From assembly GCA_964412835.1 (NCBI GenBank), contig CAYPQJ010000002.1, positions 2,006-66,005 of the forward strand: 64,000 nucleotides of DNA, in the 5' to 3' direction. The position numbers and the translations under genes were made by a program. Position 1 is the first letter of the stretch. Each line of letters starts with the position of its first letter. This DNA comes from an uncultured Desulfobacteraceae bacterium (GTDB lineage: Bacteria; Desulfobacterota; DSM-4660; Desulfatiglandales; Desulfatiglandaceae). Positions 53,851 to 63,693 of this stretch are shown in pieces. The notes beneath the pieces are model-generated. The model was not told the origin of the DNA. It saw only the letters and a list, made by a program, of their open reading frames with translations, and searched no databases.

Positions 53851-54993
53851 CTATTTCCCGATGACGTGTTTGGCAATGACGGTCCTCTGGATTTCAGAAG
53901 TTCCCTCATAAAGGGTGAACACCCTGGCATCCCGGTAATACCGTTCAACCGGGTACTCCTGCATATAACCATATCCCCCATGGATCTGCAGGGCCTGGTA
54001 GGCTGTCCTGTTGGCCATTTCGGAGGCAAATACCTTGGCCATGGAGGCCGCCGCACTGTAGTTTTCTCCCCTGTCACGCATGGCGGCGGCATTGAAGGTC
54101 AGAAGCCTGGCCGCTTCAATCTGCGTGGCCATGTCGGCGATCATCCACCGGAGACCCTGGAACTGGGAAATGGTTTTACCGAACTGCACCCGCTCTTTTG
54201 CATAGCCCACCGCCGCATCCAGGCACGCCTGGGCCACCCCCAGGGACTGGGATGAAATACCGATCCGCCCTCCGTCGAGTGACGTCATGGCAATCAGAAA
54301 TCCATCCCCCTCCTGCCCCAGAAGATTCTCCGCCGGAACGCGGCAATCTTCAAAAATCAACTCCACCGTGTCGGATGCGCGAAGCCCCATTTTTTTCTCT
54401 TCCTTGCCCACGGAAAAGCCAGGCGTTCCTTTTTCCACCACAAAGGCACTGATACCGCGATGCTTTTTCTCCGGGTCCGTATAGGCCGTGGCTACTGTCA
54501 CATGGGAATTCTTGCCCGTGGTAATGAACATCTTGTTGCCGTTGATGATGTAGCTGTCGCCGTCCCGCACCGCCTTGGTTTTCTGGCTTACGGGATCAGA
54601 ACCCGCCCCCGGTTCCGTGAGGGCAAACGAGCCGAGCATTTCCCCTGTGGCCAGCTTTTTCAGGTATTTACCTCTCAGGTAATCGGATCCAAAGAGGTTA
54701 ATGGGACCGCAGGCAACGGAATTGTGCACCGACATGATCACTGCCGTGGATGCGCAGGCATAGGCGATCTCCTGAAGGGCCAGGCAATAGCTGACCGTAT
54801 CCACCCCCGCGCCGTTAAACTCCACCGGTGCATTCATACCCAACAGGCCCAGCTTACCCATTTTTTTGAGATTATCGGCGGGGAATTCGCCGGTTAAATC
54901 CCTTTCCGCGGCAGTGGGTAAAACGCTCTCCCTGGCAAACTCCCTGACCATGGCACGGATCATCCGTTGTTCTTCATTGAGTTGGTAGGCCAT
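53851..54993 (-). CDS. Acyl-CoA dehydrogenase (short/branched-chain type)
   Basis: 380 aa. MAYQLNEEQRMIRAMVREFA, FALTEPGAGSD, QIHGGYGYMQEYPVERYYRDARVFTLYEGTSEIQ. Confidence 0.9.
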   Translation of the reverse strand: MAYQLNEEQRMIRAMVREFARESVLPTAAERDLTGEFPADNLKKMGKLGLLGMNAPVEFNGAGVDTVSYCLALQEIAYACASTAVIMSVHNSVACGPINLFGSDYLRGKYLKKLATGEMLGSFALTEPGAGSDPVSQKTKAVRDGDSYIINGNKMFITTGKNSHVTVATAYTDPEKKHRGISAFVVEKGTPGFSVGKEEKKMGLRASDTVELIFEDCRVPAENLLGQEGDGFLIAMTSLDGGRIGISSQSLGVAQACLDAAVGYAKERVQFGKTISQFQGLRWMIADMATQIEAARLLTFNAAAMRDRGENYSAAASMAKVFASEMANRTAYQALQIHGGYGYMQEYPVERYYRDARVFTLYEGTSEIQRTVIAKHVIGK

Positions 54994-55043
54994 TTTTCTC
55001 CCTCAAAATTCAACCTGTGTGGTTGGGTATAAGGTATTAGTTG

Positions 55044-55592
55044 TCAGGGCGTATAGAGCACCACCAGAAGTTCCGCCTTCTCCGAGCTGATATTTCTCAG
55101 TTTGTGAACAATGGATGAGTTGAAATGAAGGCTATCTCCGGGACCCAGAATATTTTTGTTCTCACCCACCATCACTTCAACTTTTCCCTTGATAACATAT
55201 TGGAACTCCTCTCCCAGATGCTGGTACCCCACGGGTTTGTGTTCACTTTCGGGGTCAATAAATATCTTGAAGGCTTTCAGGTGTTTATGGCGCGCTTCAG
55301 GGGTAAGGGTTTCATAACTGTAGTCCTCGGTTCGTTTCTGGTAGCCTTCGGCTTTTTTTTCACCGGCGCGTTTTTTCTCCTCCCGGAGCAGAAGACTCGA
55401 ATCCACTTCCAGGGCTCTCGACAGCTGAAGGATCACTGAAACCGGCGGCATCACCTCCCCCTTTTCCACCTGTGAGATAAACCTGGGATTCAGACCCGTT
55501 TCATTGCCAATATGCTTAAGGGTAAGCTTCTTTTCTTTCCTCAACTTCATGAGGCGCTTTCCGATGGGTCGGTCTTTTTTACCACTGGGCAT
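55044..55592 (-). CDS. XRE-family HTH + cupin-domain transcriptional regulator
   Basis: IGKRLMKLRKEKKLTLKHIGNETGLNPRFISQVEKGE, followed by cupin GEEFQYVIKGKVEVMVGE...GDSLHFNSSIVHKLRN. Confidence 0.8.
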   Translation of the reverse strand: MPSGKKDRPIGKRLMKLRKEKKLTLKHIGNETGLNPRFISQVEKGEVMPPVSVILQLSRALEVDSSLLLREEKKRAGEKKAEGYQKRTEDYSYETLTPEARHKHLKAFKIFIDPESEHKPVGYQHLGEEFQYVIKGKVEVMVGENKNILGPGDSLHFNSSIVHKLRNISSEKAELLVVLYTP

Positions 55593-55613
55593 GGATCCCT
55601 CCTGACGTTTTCA

Positions 55614-55847
55614 TTAACCTTCGTTATTCTTGGATAGCCTGTAGGCTTTTACCATTCTGAGAACAAAACCCAAAACCAGGGTGGCGCTGATGAGAATCAT
55701 GAGATTGGAAGCAAAAAATGCCATGATAAAGGAATAGGGGTTTTCAAGTTTATAGGCGGATATCAACATCAAAATGCCGAAACCCAGAAAACAACAACCG
55801 GCAAGCATCAGAAAGACCTGGCGTACCCACCAGAAAATGCCAAACAT
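55614..55847 (-). CDS. Small hypothetical membrane protein (2-3 TM)
   Basis: 77 aa hydrophobic ORF packed between the regulator and meaB. No recognisable motif. Confidence 0.4.
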   Translation of the reverse strand: MFGIFWWVRQVFLMLAGCCFLGFGILMLISAYKLENPYSFIMAFFASNLMILISATLVLGFVLRMVKAYRLSKNNEG

Positions 55848-55869
55848 AAAACGCTCTTTTCCAAATGGA

Positions 55870-56844
55870 CTATCCGTCGGCAGGAAGTCCTCCCAGTGCG
55901 GGAAACACCAGGTTTTCGCAGGCTGAGTAGGGATCCAGATCCCCTTTCACAATGGCATCCACAGCGCGATCGAAATCCCCGCTTTCCGTCAGTTTATCCA
56001 GCACTTCCTCAACCAACCGGGCCTTAATCATATCCACCATTTCCTGGCGCACCTTGTCCGGACTCCGCCTGGATTTAAGGCCGCCTGCCGTTTGTTCCAG
56101 GTATTCGGCGTGCCGGTCCACCTCATCTAAAAAGTCGTCCACCCCTTTATCAAACACGGCCTCTACCTTGAGGATGGGCGGCTTCCAAAGACCCCTGTCA
56201 AATTTCCGTTGATCCATCTCGATCATCAGCCGCAGTTCGTTGAGCGTTTTATCGGTCCCTTCGCGGTCGCTTTTGTTGATCAGGAAAATATCGCCCACTT
56301 CGAGAATCCCCGCCTTGATGGCCTGAATGTCATCCCCCATGCCGGGAACCACCACAATTACCGTGGTATGGGCGCTCCGCATCACGTCCACTTCATCCTG
56401 CCCAACCCCGACGGTTTCCACCACGATCACGTCTTTTCCCATGGCATCCAAAATATCGATGGCGCTTCGCGTCGATTGGGTTAACCCGCCGAAATGGCCT
56501 CGGGTAGCGAGGGATCGGATAAAAACCCCCGGATCCATGCTGTGCCGCTGCATGCGGACCCGATCCCCCAGGATGGCCCCCCCGCTGAAGGGACTGGTAG
56601 GATCCACCGCCAGAACCCCCACGGTTTTCCCCCGCTTTCTTAAATGGGCCAGCATCTGGTCCACCAGGGTGCTCTTTCCCACGCCCGGGGCGCCGGTGAT
56701 ACCGATTATGTAAGCCTTTCCCGTATGGGGATAAAGGGCCTTTAAGACATCCCGCACCTCGGGCATACCATCGTCCACATCTCGAATAAGACGCGCCACC
56801 GCCCGCACATCGCCGCTCGTCACCTTTTCAACCAAATCTTTCAT
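55870..56844 (-). CDS. meaB: Methylmalonyl-CoA mutase-associated G-protein chaperone (MeaB/ArgK)
   Basis: IGITGAPGVGKSTLV (P-loop), VLAVDPTSPFSGGAILGDRVRM, VETVGVGQ, INKSD. Confidence 0.9.
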   Translation of the reverse strand: MKDLVEKVTSGDVRAVARLIRDVDDGMPEVRDVLKALYPHTGKAYIIGITGAPGVGKSTLVDQMLAHLRKRGKTVGVLAVDPTSPFSGGAILGDRVRMQRHSMDPGVFIRSLATRGHFGGLTQSTRSAIDILDAMGKDVIVVETVGVGQDEVDVMRSAHTTVIVVVPGMGDDIQAIKAGILEVGDIFLINKSDREGTDKTLNELRLMIEMDQRKFDRGLWKPPILKVEAVFDKGVDDFLDEVDRHAEYLEQTAGGLKSRRSPDKVRQEMVDMIKARLVEEVLDKLTESGDFDRAVDAIVKGDLDPYSACENLVFPALGGLPADG

Positions 56845-56854
56845 AACCCGGCCC

Positions 56855-57262
56855 TTATCTTCTCGGCGTCACGTTCTTCCGCACCCAGGTGACAATTTCA
56901 TCCATGGTTGTTCCCGGTGTGAATATCTCCTTGACCCCGGCCGCTTTGAGTGTTTTGATATCGTCATCGGGAATAATACCGCCGCCGCACACCACGATAT
57001 CATCGGCGTTCTTTTCCCGCAGAAGATCCAAAACCGTCTGGAACAGATACTTGTGGGCGCCGGCCAGGCTGGACAGCCCCACCATGTCCACATCTTCCTG
57101 GATCGCCGCCTCTACGATCTCTTCAGGCGTCTGGTGAAGTCCCGTATAGACCACCTCAAACCCTGCATCGCGATAGGCGCGCGCAATGATTCTCGCTCCC
57201 CGGTCATGCCCATCCAATCCAGGCTTGGCGACCATCACCCTGACTCTTCGTTCCCGTTTCAT
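56855..57262 (-). CDS. B12-binding small subunit of an acyl-CoA mutase
   Basis: [34 protein letters not shown] (D-x-H-x-x-G cobalamin ligand motif), SSLAGAH, GGGIIP. Confidence 0.85.
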   Translation of the reverse strand: MKRERRVRVMVAKPGLDGHDRGARIIARAYRDAGFEVVYTGLHQTPEEIVEAAIQEDVDMVGLSSLAGAHKYLFQTVLDLLREKNADDIVVCGGGIIPDDDIKTLKAAGVKEIFTPGTTMDEIVTWVRKNVTPRR

Positions 57263-57286
57263 AATCCCCTCATTGTGATCACAATT

Positions 57287-58975
57287 TTAATAAATTCCCG
57301 GATCCCGGTAGGAACCAAAAACATCCCTGAAAACATCGCAGACTTCCTGAAGCGTGGCGCCGGTTTTGACCGCATCAATGAGATGTTCCATCACATTTTC
57401 AGTACCGGAACAGGCCTCCCCTACCCTTTCAAGACTTCTTGCCACGGCCTGGCCATCGCGACTCTCTTTGACCCGGTTGGTTTTTTCAATCTGCTGCGTC
57501 TCCAGTTCCTCGTCGATTTCCAGCACATCAACGGGGATATCTTCTTTCTCTATGGCGTACTTGTTCACCCCCACAACCGTCTTCTCACCATCATCAATCT
57601 GCTTCTGATAGTGATAGGCCGCATCGGCGATCTCCAACTGCGGGTAATTCTGCTCGATGGCTGCCAGCATCCCCCCCATGTCGTCAATCTTCCGAATGAT
57701 TTCGAAGGCCTCCTCTTCCATCCGGTTGGTGAGGGATTCCACTAAATAAGACCCCCCGAGGGGGTCAATACTATTGGCCACGCCCGATTCTTCCGCAATA
57801 ATCTGCTGGGTCCGGAGCGCAATGGTGGCAGCCTCCTCCGTGGGTATGGACAGGACCTCGTCCAGGGAATTGGTATGGAGTGACTGGGTCCCCCCCATGA
57901 CCGCCGCCAGACCCTGAAGCGCGGTCCTCACCACATTGTTGTAGGGCTGCTGGGCCGTAAGGGAACACCCGGCGGTCTGGGTGTGAAACCGCATCCACAA
58001 TGATCTGGGATCTTTCGCCTTGAATCGATCTTTCATGATCCTGGCCCACATGCGCCGGGCGGCCCGGAATTTGGCCACCTCTTCGAAAAAATCCAGATGG
58101 GAGTTAAAGAAGAAGGAGAATCGCGGGGCGAATTCATCCACGTGCAAACCCCGTTCCAGGGCTTTTTCCGTGTAGGCGATGCCGTCCGCCAGGGTAAAGG
58201 CCAGCTCCTGCACGGCCGTGGAGCCGGCTTCCCGAATGTGGTAACCGCTGATGCTGATGGTGTTCCACCGCGGTACCTGGCGGGTCCCGAATTCCACTGT
58301 GTCCGTCACAATGCGAACAGACGGTTCGGGGGGACACATGAAGGTTTTCTGCGCTACAAATTCCTTCAGCATGTCATTTTGAATGGTGCCGCCCAGGATC
58401 TTTCGATCGATCCCGCGGTTTTCCGCCATGGCGATATACATGGCCCAGATGACGGCGGCGGGCGGATTGATGGTCATGGAGGTGGTGATCCGGTCGATGG
58501 GAAGCCCGGCAAACAGGTCTTCCATGTCTTTTAACGTATCAATGGCCACACCGCACTTGCCGCATTCTCCCCTGGCCTTGTGGGAATCCGAGTCATATCC
58601 CATCAAGGTGGGCATGTCAAAAGCGGTGGAAAGGCCGGTCTGCCCTTCCCGAACCAGGAGATGAAAGCGCTGGTTCGTATCCATGGCACTACCGAGACCC
58701 GCAAACATGCGCATGGTCCAGAGGCGGCCCCGATACATGGAGGGCTGCACGCCCCGCGTAAAGGGGTAGTCCCCGGGAAATCCGATATCGGTATCAAAGT
58801 CCTGGTCTTTCAGGTCGGCAGGTGTATACAGATCATTGATTTCCCAGTCTGAAACCGTGGAAAATCGGTCCAACCGTGCCGGTCTGGCGGTAAAAACCTG
58901 TTTCAGTTTTTTCTTCCAGGCGCTGTACTTTTCTTCAATATCTTGAAAAATCTTAGGATTATAGGTCAAGGCCAT
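57287..58975 (-). CDS. Acyl-CoA mutase large (substrate-binding) subunit, isobutyryl-CoA-mutase-like signature
   Basis: FPGDYPFTRG...WTMRMFAGLG...GLSTAFDMPTLMGYDSD...GTIQNDMLKEFVAQKTF. Phe and Gln occupy the positions of Tyr89 and Arg207 in methylmalonyl-CoA mutase. ATG 58975 is preceded by GGAGGAGG. Confidence 0.85.
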   Translation of the reverse strand: MALTYNPKIFQDIEEKYSAWKKKLKQVFTARPARLDRFSTVSDWEINDLYTPADLKDQDFDTDIGFPGDYPFTRGVQPSMYRGRLWTMRMFAGLGSAMDTNQRFHLLVREGQTGLSTAFDMPTLMGYDSDSHKARGECGKCGVAIDTLKDMEDLFAGLPIDRITTSMTINPPAAVIWAMYIAMAENRGIDRKILGGTIQNDMLKEFVAQKTFMCPPEPSVRIVTDTVEFGTRQVPRWNTISISGYHIREAGSTAVQELAFTLADGIAYTEKALERGLHVDEFAPRFSFFFNSHLDFFEEVAKFRAARRMWARIMKDRFKAKDPRSLWMRFHTQTAGCSLTAQQPYNNVVRTALQGLAAVMGGTQSLHTNSLDEVLSIPTEEAATIALRTQQIIAEESGVANSIDPLGGSYLVESLTNRMEEEAFEIIRKIDDMGGMLAAIEQNYPQLEIADAAYHYQKQIDDGEKTVVGVNKYAIEKEDIPVDVLEIDEELETQQIEKTNRVKESRDGQAVARSLERVGEACSGTENVMEHLIDAVKTGATLQEVCDVFRDVFGSYRDPGIY

Positions 58976-58990
58976 GGTTACCTCCTCCAA

Positions 58991-60136
58991 TCAACCTTTG
59001 ATGAGGTTCTTCGCCACCACCAGACGCATGATCTCGTTGGTGCCCTCATAGATCTGGCATATCTTGGCATCACGCATGTGACGCTCCATGGGGTATTCCT
59101 TGCTGTATCCATATCCTCCCAGGATCTGAACCCCCTCAACAGACGCTCTCATGGCCGCATCCGAGGCGTACATCTTGGCCATGGCCGCTTCTTTCTCATA
59201 AGGCTTTTTGTGGTCTTCCAGCCAGGCTGCTCGAAGCGTCAGCAGTTCCGCTGCATCCAGTTCCGTGGCCATATCCGCCATTTTCCACTGGATGGCTTGA
59301 AATGCGCTGATGGGTTTTCCAAACTGCTCCCGGGTCTTGGCGTACTCAACCGAATCTTCCAGGACCGACCGGCCAATACCGATCGCCTGGGAAGCGATGC
59401 CGATACGACCGCCGTCAAGGGTCGTCAGCATCTGTTTAAACCCTTCCCCTTCTTTTCCCAGCAGGGCGTCCGCGGGCAACCTTGCATCTTCAAAAACCAG
59501 TTCCGCAGTCCCCGAAGCCAGAATACCCATTTTCTCTTCCAGGCGCCCCACCTTGAAGCCGGGGGTTTTTTCCCGATCCACCACAAAGGTGCTGATCCCT
59601 TTGTACCCTTTTTCTTTGTCCGTCACCGCAGCGATGACGGCGTATCGTGCCACATTGCCGTTGGTGATAAATTTCTTCTCCCCGTTTACGATCCATTCAT
59701 CACCGTCTTTGACGGCGGTGGTCCGCATACCCGCAGGGTCGGATCCGGCCCCGGCCTCCGTGAGGCCATAGCACCCCAGGTATTCGCCGGAGGCGCAGGG
59801 AGTGAGATATTTCTTTTTCTGAGCCTCCGTTCCATAAGCATATACCGGAAAACAGTAAAGAGAATTGTTGACACTCATAATGACCCCGGTGGACGCACAC
59901 GCCTTTGATATTTCAATCAAGGCCAGAACGTAACTCACATAATCCATGCCGCCACCACCATATTCTTCCGGTATGGCAATGCCCAGCATCTTCAATTCTC
60001 CCAATTGATTAACGATATCCGCCGGATGGGAGTGGGTTTCATCCAATTCTGCGGCCTTGGGCCGAATCTCCGCCTCGGCAAAGCGTGCCGCCATCTCTCG
60101 AACCATCTGCTGTTCTTCGGTTAATGCAAAATCCAT
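58991..60136 (-). CDS. Acyl-CoA dehydrogenase (butyryl/isobutyryl-CoA type)
   Basis: 381 aa. MDFALTEEQQMVREMAARFA, YGLTEAGAGSD, QILGGYGYSKEYPMERHMRDAKICQIYEGTNEI. Confidence 0.9.
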   Translation of the reverse strand: MDFALTEEQQMVREMAARFAEAEIRPKAAELDETHSHPADIVNQLGELKMLGIAIPEEYGGGGMDYVSYVLALIEISKACASTGVIMSVNNSLYCFPVYAYGTEAQKKKYLTPCASGEYLGCYGLTEAGAGSDPAGMRTTAVKDGDEWIVNGEKKFITNGNVARYAVIAAVTDKEKGYKGISTFVVDREKTPGFKVGRLEEKMGILASGTAELVFEDARLPADALLGKEGEGFKQMLTTLDGGRIGIASQAIGIGRSVLEDSVEYAKTREQFGKPISAFQAIQWKMADMATELDAAELLTLRAAWLEDHKKPYEKEAAMAKMYASDAAMRASVEGVQILGGYGYSKEYPMERHMRDAKICQIYEGTNEIMRLVVAKNLIKG

Positions 60137-60139
60137 TGA

Positions 60140-60928
60140 TTATACCAGCCCCCCTCTAAATTCGGGTTTTCGTTTCTCCAAAAACGCCGTCATTCCTTCC
60201 TTACCGTCCGGGCTCGACATGCACAGGGCGAAACCATCCGCCTCCATGAAATGGCCCGTGCGAAGATCCACGTCAAAACCGCGGTCAATGCAGTTCTTGA
60301 TAGCCTTCATGGACACCCTGCCCTTGCTTGCCATGAGTTTGGCGGTTTTCATGGTTTCCTCCCACAGGGCATCCGCGGGGAACACCTTGTTGGCCAGACC
60401 GATGTCCTTGGCTTCCTGGGCACTGATAATTATCCCTGTCATGCAAAGTTCTTTGGCCATTGCTTTACCCACCAGGCGGGATAACCGCTGGGTTCCACCG
60501 AATCCGGGCATGATGCCGAGGCTGATCTCCGGCTGGCCGAACTTGGCTTTTTCAGAAGCATAGATAAAATCACACGCCATGGCCAGTTCCGTTCCACCCC
60601 CCAGGGCGAACCCGTTAACACAGGCAATGACCGGTATTGAAAGGCTTTCCAGCCGAAACAGAAGCGCCTGGCCATCCAGTGCAAACTGCCGCCCCTGTAA
60701 CGGAGAAAAGGAGGCCATGTGGCTGATGTCCGCCCCGGCGATGAAGGCTTTATCCCCATTGCCGGTCAGCACCAGCACCTTGGCGACACCATCGGCCTCG
60801 ATTTTGTCCAGTGCTTCACCCATCTCAGCCAGCACGTCGGGATTGATGGCGTTCAAAGCCTTGGGTCGGTTAAATTTGATGATTGCGATATTCCCGTCTT
60901 CTTCAAAAATAATATTTTCAAATGCCAT
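60140..60928 (-). CDS. Enoyl-CoA hydratase (crotonase)
   Basis: IAIIKFNRPKALNAI, VLTGNGDKAFIAGADI, VNGFALGGGTELAMACDF, FGQPEISLGIMPGFGGTQRL. Confidence 0.9.
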   Translation of the reverse strand: MAFENIIFEEDGNIAIIKFNRPKALNAINPDVLAEMGEALDKIEADGVAKVLVLTGNGDKAFIAGADISHMASFSPLQGRQFALDGQALLFRLESLSIPVIACVNGFALGGGTELAMACDFIYASEKAKFGQPEISLGIMPGFGGTQRLSRLVGKAMAKELCMTGIIISAQEAKDIGLANKVFPADALWEETMKTAKLMASKGRVSMKAIKNCIDRGFDVDLRTGHFMEADGFALCMSSPDGKEGMTAFLEKRKPEFRGGLV

Positions 60929-60965
60929 TATATTAGGCCCCCGTAAGATTGAGATTTAGATAAAA

Positions 60966-62249
60966 TCAACACGCTTCCAGAATCATGGCCATACCCTGCC
61001 CGCCGCCGATGCAGAGGGAAGCCAGGCCCAATTCAACGTTTTTTCGCATCATTTCACCCATAAGCGTTAAGGTAATGCGCGCACCGGAACACCCGATGGG
61101 ATGCCCGATGGAGATGCCGCTGCCAAGTGCATTGGTTTTTTCCATGTCGCACCCAAGCTCCCGGACACAGGCGATGGCCTGAGACGCAAAGGCTTCGTTC
61201 AACTCGATGGCGCCGAAATCGTCAATGCTGAGGTTCTCCCTTTTCAGCAGTTTCCGGACAGCCGGTATGGGGCCAAGCCCCATGTAGGCCGGATCCAGCC
61301 CCGCATGGGAAAAGGCCCGTACTTTCACGAGCGGTTTCAACCCAAGATTTTTTGCCTTTTCATCCGACATGAGCAGAAGTGCCGCTGCCGCATCGTTGAT
61401 TCCTGAAGCATTTCCCGCTGTCACGGTGCCTTCCTTCTTAAAGGCGGGCCTGAGCCGGGCCATTTTTTCCACGGTGGTCTCCATGGGCCGTTCATCCGTA
61501 TCAAACACCAACGGGTCTTTTTTCCGTTGCGGTATCACCACCGGCACAATCTCATCTTTGAAAAGACCGTCTTTAATGGCTTTCATGGCACGCTGGTGGC
61601 TCAAGGCCCCCAGTGCATCCTGTTCTTCCCTGGAAATACCGTACTTCTCCGCAATGTTTTCCGCTGTCAGCCCCATGTGGTATCCATAAAAAATCTCAAA
61701 CAGGCCATCCATGACCATCAGATCCACCAGGTCCGCGTTATTCATGCGGGCGCCCCAGCGTGCCGCGGGCAATGCGTAGGGAATAAGGCTCATGTTTTCC
61801 ATACCGCCCGCCAGAATCACTTCCGCCTCGCCGGCAGCAATGGACTGGGCCGCGAGGGCAATGGCTTTCATGCCGGAAGCGCATACCTTATTCAATGTGA
61901 AAGCGCTGGTTTCCTTCGCGATCCCTGCCTTGATCATGGCCTGGCGAGCCACGTTCTGCCCCTGGCCCGCACCGACCACGTTTCCCATGATGACTTCATC
62001 CACTTGAACTGGCGCAAACGCACCATCGTAATCGTAAGCCTGTTTTTCAAGATCGATCATGCCAAGACCTTTGAGTGCGTCAGGCTCAAACTGCGTCAGA
62101 TTGTCTGTGGCCACCGGTTTCAACTGCACATTTTTGAGGGTTTCTTTCAGCACCAGCGCCCCCAGGTCTACCACCGGTGTCGATTTCAGCGTCTTTCCGA
62201 ATGTACCCACAGGGGTTCTCTTTCCCGAAACAACTACCACGTCTCCCAT
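60966..62249 (-). CDS. Thiolase (acetyl-CoA C-acyltransferase), long variant
   Basis: VVVSGKRTPVGTFG, LNKVCASGMKAI (active Cys), NEAFASQ, GHPIGCSGARI, CIGGGQGMA. About 30 aa longer than typical thiolases. Confidence 0.85.
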   Translation of the reverse strand: MGDVVVVSGKRTPVGTFGKTLKSTPVVDLGALVLKETLKNVQLKPVATDNLTQFEPDALKGLGMIDLEKQAYDYDGAFAPVQVDEVIMGNVVGAGQGQNVARQAMIKAGIAKETSAFTLNKVCASGMKAIALAAQSIAAGEAEVILAGGMENMSLIPYALPAARWGARMNNADLVDLMVMDGLFEIFYGYHMGLTAENIAEKYGISREEQDALGALSHQRAMKAIKDGLFKDEIVPVVIPQRKKDPLVFDTDERPMETTVEKMARLRPAFKKEGTVTAGNASGINDAAAALLLMSDEKAKNLGLKPLVKVRAFSHAGLDPAYMGLGPIPAVRKLLKRENLSIDDFGAIELNEAFASQAIACVRELGCDMEKTNALGSGISIGHPIGCSGARITLTLMGEMMRKNVELGLASLCIGGGQGMAMILEAC

Positions 62250-62307
62250 TCTTATCTCTCCTGTTTCATTTCTATGACCTTTTTGATCGGCCTATTTCGT
62301 TGTAAAA

Positions 62308-63498
62308 TCACCCTTCGTTATAAACCACCAGCGTCACGGCTTCACCACCCCCCAGACAAAGGGAGGCCTCTCCCACCCCGGCGCCCTGTTCTTTCATGGC
62401 ATAAATCAAGGTGGTCAGCACCCTGGCACCACTAGCACCGATGGGGTGGCCGATGGCCACGGAACCGCCATGGATATTTACTTTTGAAGGATCGATGCCC
62501 AGCTCCCGGTTGATGGTCACGGACGATGTGCTGAACGCCTCATTAATCTCATGCAGGTCAATATCCTCAACCTTGAGGCCATCCTTTGCCAGCACTTTCG
62601 GTATGGACAGAATCGGCGCCACCAGCACATATTTCATATCCAGGCCGGAGGCACCCTGCGCTCCCACACGCACCAAGGGCCTGCACCCGAGCGCGTCCGC
62701 CTTTTCCCGGCTCATCACCACCAGGGCCGATGCCCCATCGGCAATCTTGGATGCGTTCCCAGCCGTCACAAGACCGTCTTTCTTAAAGGCCGGACGCAGC
62801 TTTTTCAGGCCTTCCATGGTCGTGAGGGGCTTTCGGATGGGGATTTCATCTGTGTCAAAGATTACCGGATCGCCTTTTCGGCTGGGGATTTCCACGGGAA
62901 CAATCTCTGCCTTAAATGTCCCCTGCTCCTGGGACTGCCACGTTTTTTCGTATGAATTCAAGGCAAATGCATCTGAATCTTCACGACTGATGTTATATTT
63001 TTCCGCCACCAGTTCCGCACTGATGCCCATATGAAAATCGTTCACATGGTCCCAGAGCCCATCATGGACCATGCCGTCCACCATCCGGCTGTTGTTCATA
63101 CGATATCCGGTCCTGGCCTTTTTCAGCATGTAGGGACATAGGTTCATGTTTTCCTGCCCACCGGCCACCACCACGTCCGCGTCGCCACATTGAATGGCCT
63201 GGGCCGCCAACATCACCGCCTTGAGACCTGAACCGCAGACTTTGTTGACGGTAATGGCCCCAACATCCCAGGGCAAACCCGCGCGAACCATCGTTTGACG
63301 GGCCGGGTTCTGTCCCAGTCCATGAGGCAGCACACTGCCCATGATCACCTCGTCGACATCCTTATTTTCAACACCTGCCCGTTTAAGGGCCTCCTTCATG
63401 ACCAACGCCCCGAGATCCGTGGCGGAAACAGCACTCAGGGTCCCGGCGAAATCACCGACGGCGGTCCTGCATGCACTGACAATAACAACCTCTTTCAT
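62308..63498 (-). CDS. Acetyl-CoA acetyltransferase (thiolase II)
   Basis: MKEVVIVSACRTAVG, VNKVCGSGLKAV, NEAFS, GGSVAIGHPIGASGARV, CLGGGEAV. ATG 63498 is preceded by GGAAAGGGGA. Confidence 0.9.
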   Translation of the reverse strand: MKEVVIVSACRTAVGDFAGTLSAVSATDLGALVMKEALKRAGVENKDVDEVIMGSVLPHGLGQNPARQTMVRAGLPWDVGAITVNKVCGSGLKAVMLAAQAIQCGDADVVVAGGQENMNLCPYMLKKARTGYRMNNSRMVDGMVHDGLWDHVNDFHMGISAELVAEKYNISREDSDAFALNSYEKTWQSQEQGTFKAEIVPVEIPSRKGDPVIFDTDEIPIRKPLTTMEGLKKLRPAFKKDGLVTAGNASKIADGASALVVMSREKADALGCRPLVRVGAQGASGLDMKYVLVAPILSIPKVLAKDGLKVEDIDLHEINEAFSTSSVTINRELGIDPSKVNIHGGSVAIGHPIGASGARVLTTLIYAMKEQGAGVGEASLCLGGGEAVTLVVYNEG

Positions 63499-63693
63499 TG
63501 AATTTCCCCTTTCCAAAAACCATCAACTTCAAACACGAAACCTTCCCTGAAAACAGATCACCAATATATAGTAAAGGACCCATTTTCAAGTCAAGACAAT
63601 TCCCTCTCCCGTGGGTCTTTGCTGCTTGTATGTTTTCGTGAAGCATTGTATCATCTTCATGGTCTCTTTTAACAACGTTCAGGAGTCAAACCC

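Noticed and set aside
63499-63693. Glycine riboswitch upstream of gcvT, or B12 riboswitch upstream of the mutase cluster.
   Set aside because: I read both strands and found neither the conserved ACCGAAGGGGCAA/CUCUGGAGAG-type glycine aptamer cores nor a GCCACUG B12 box.
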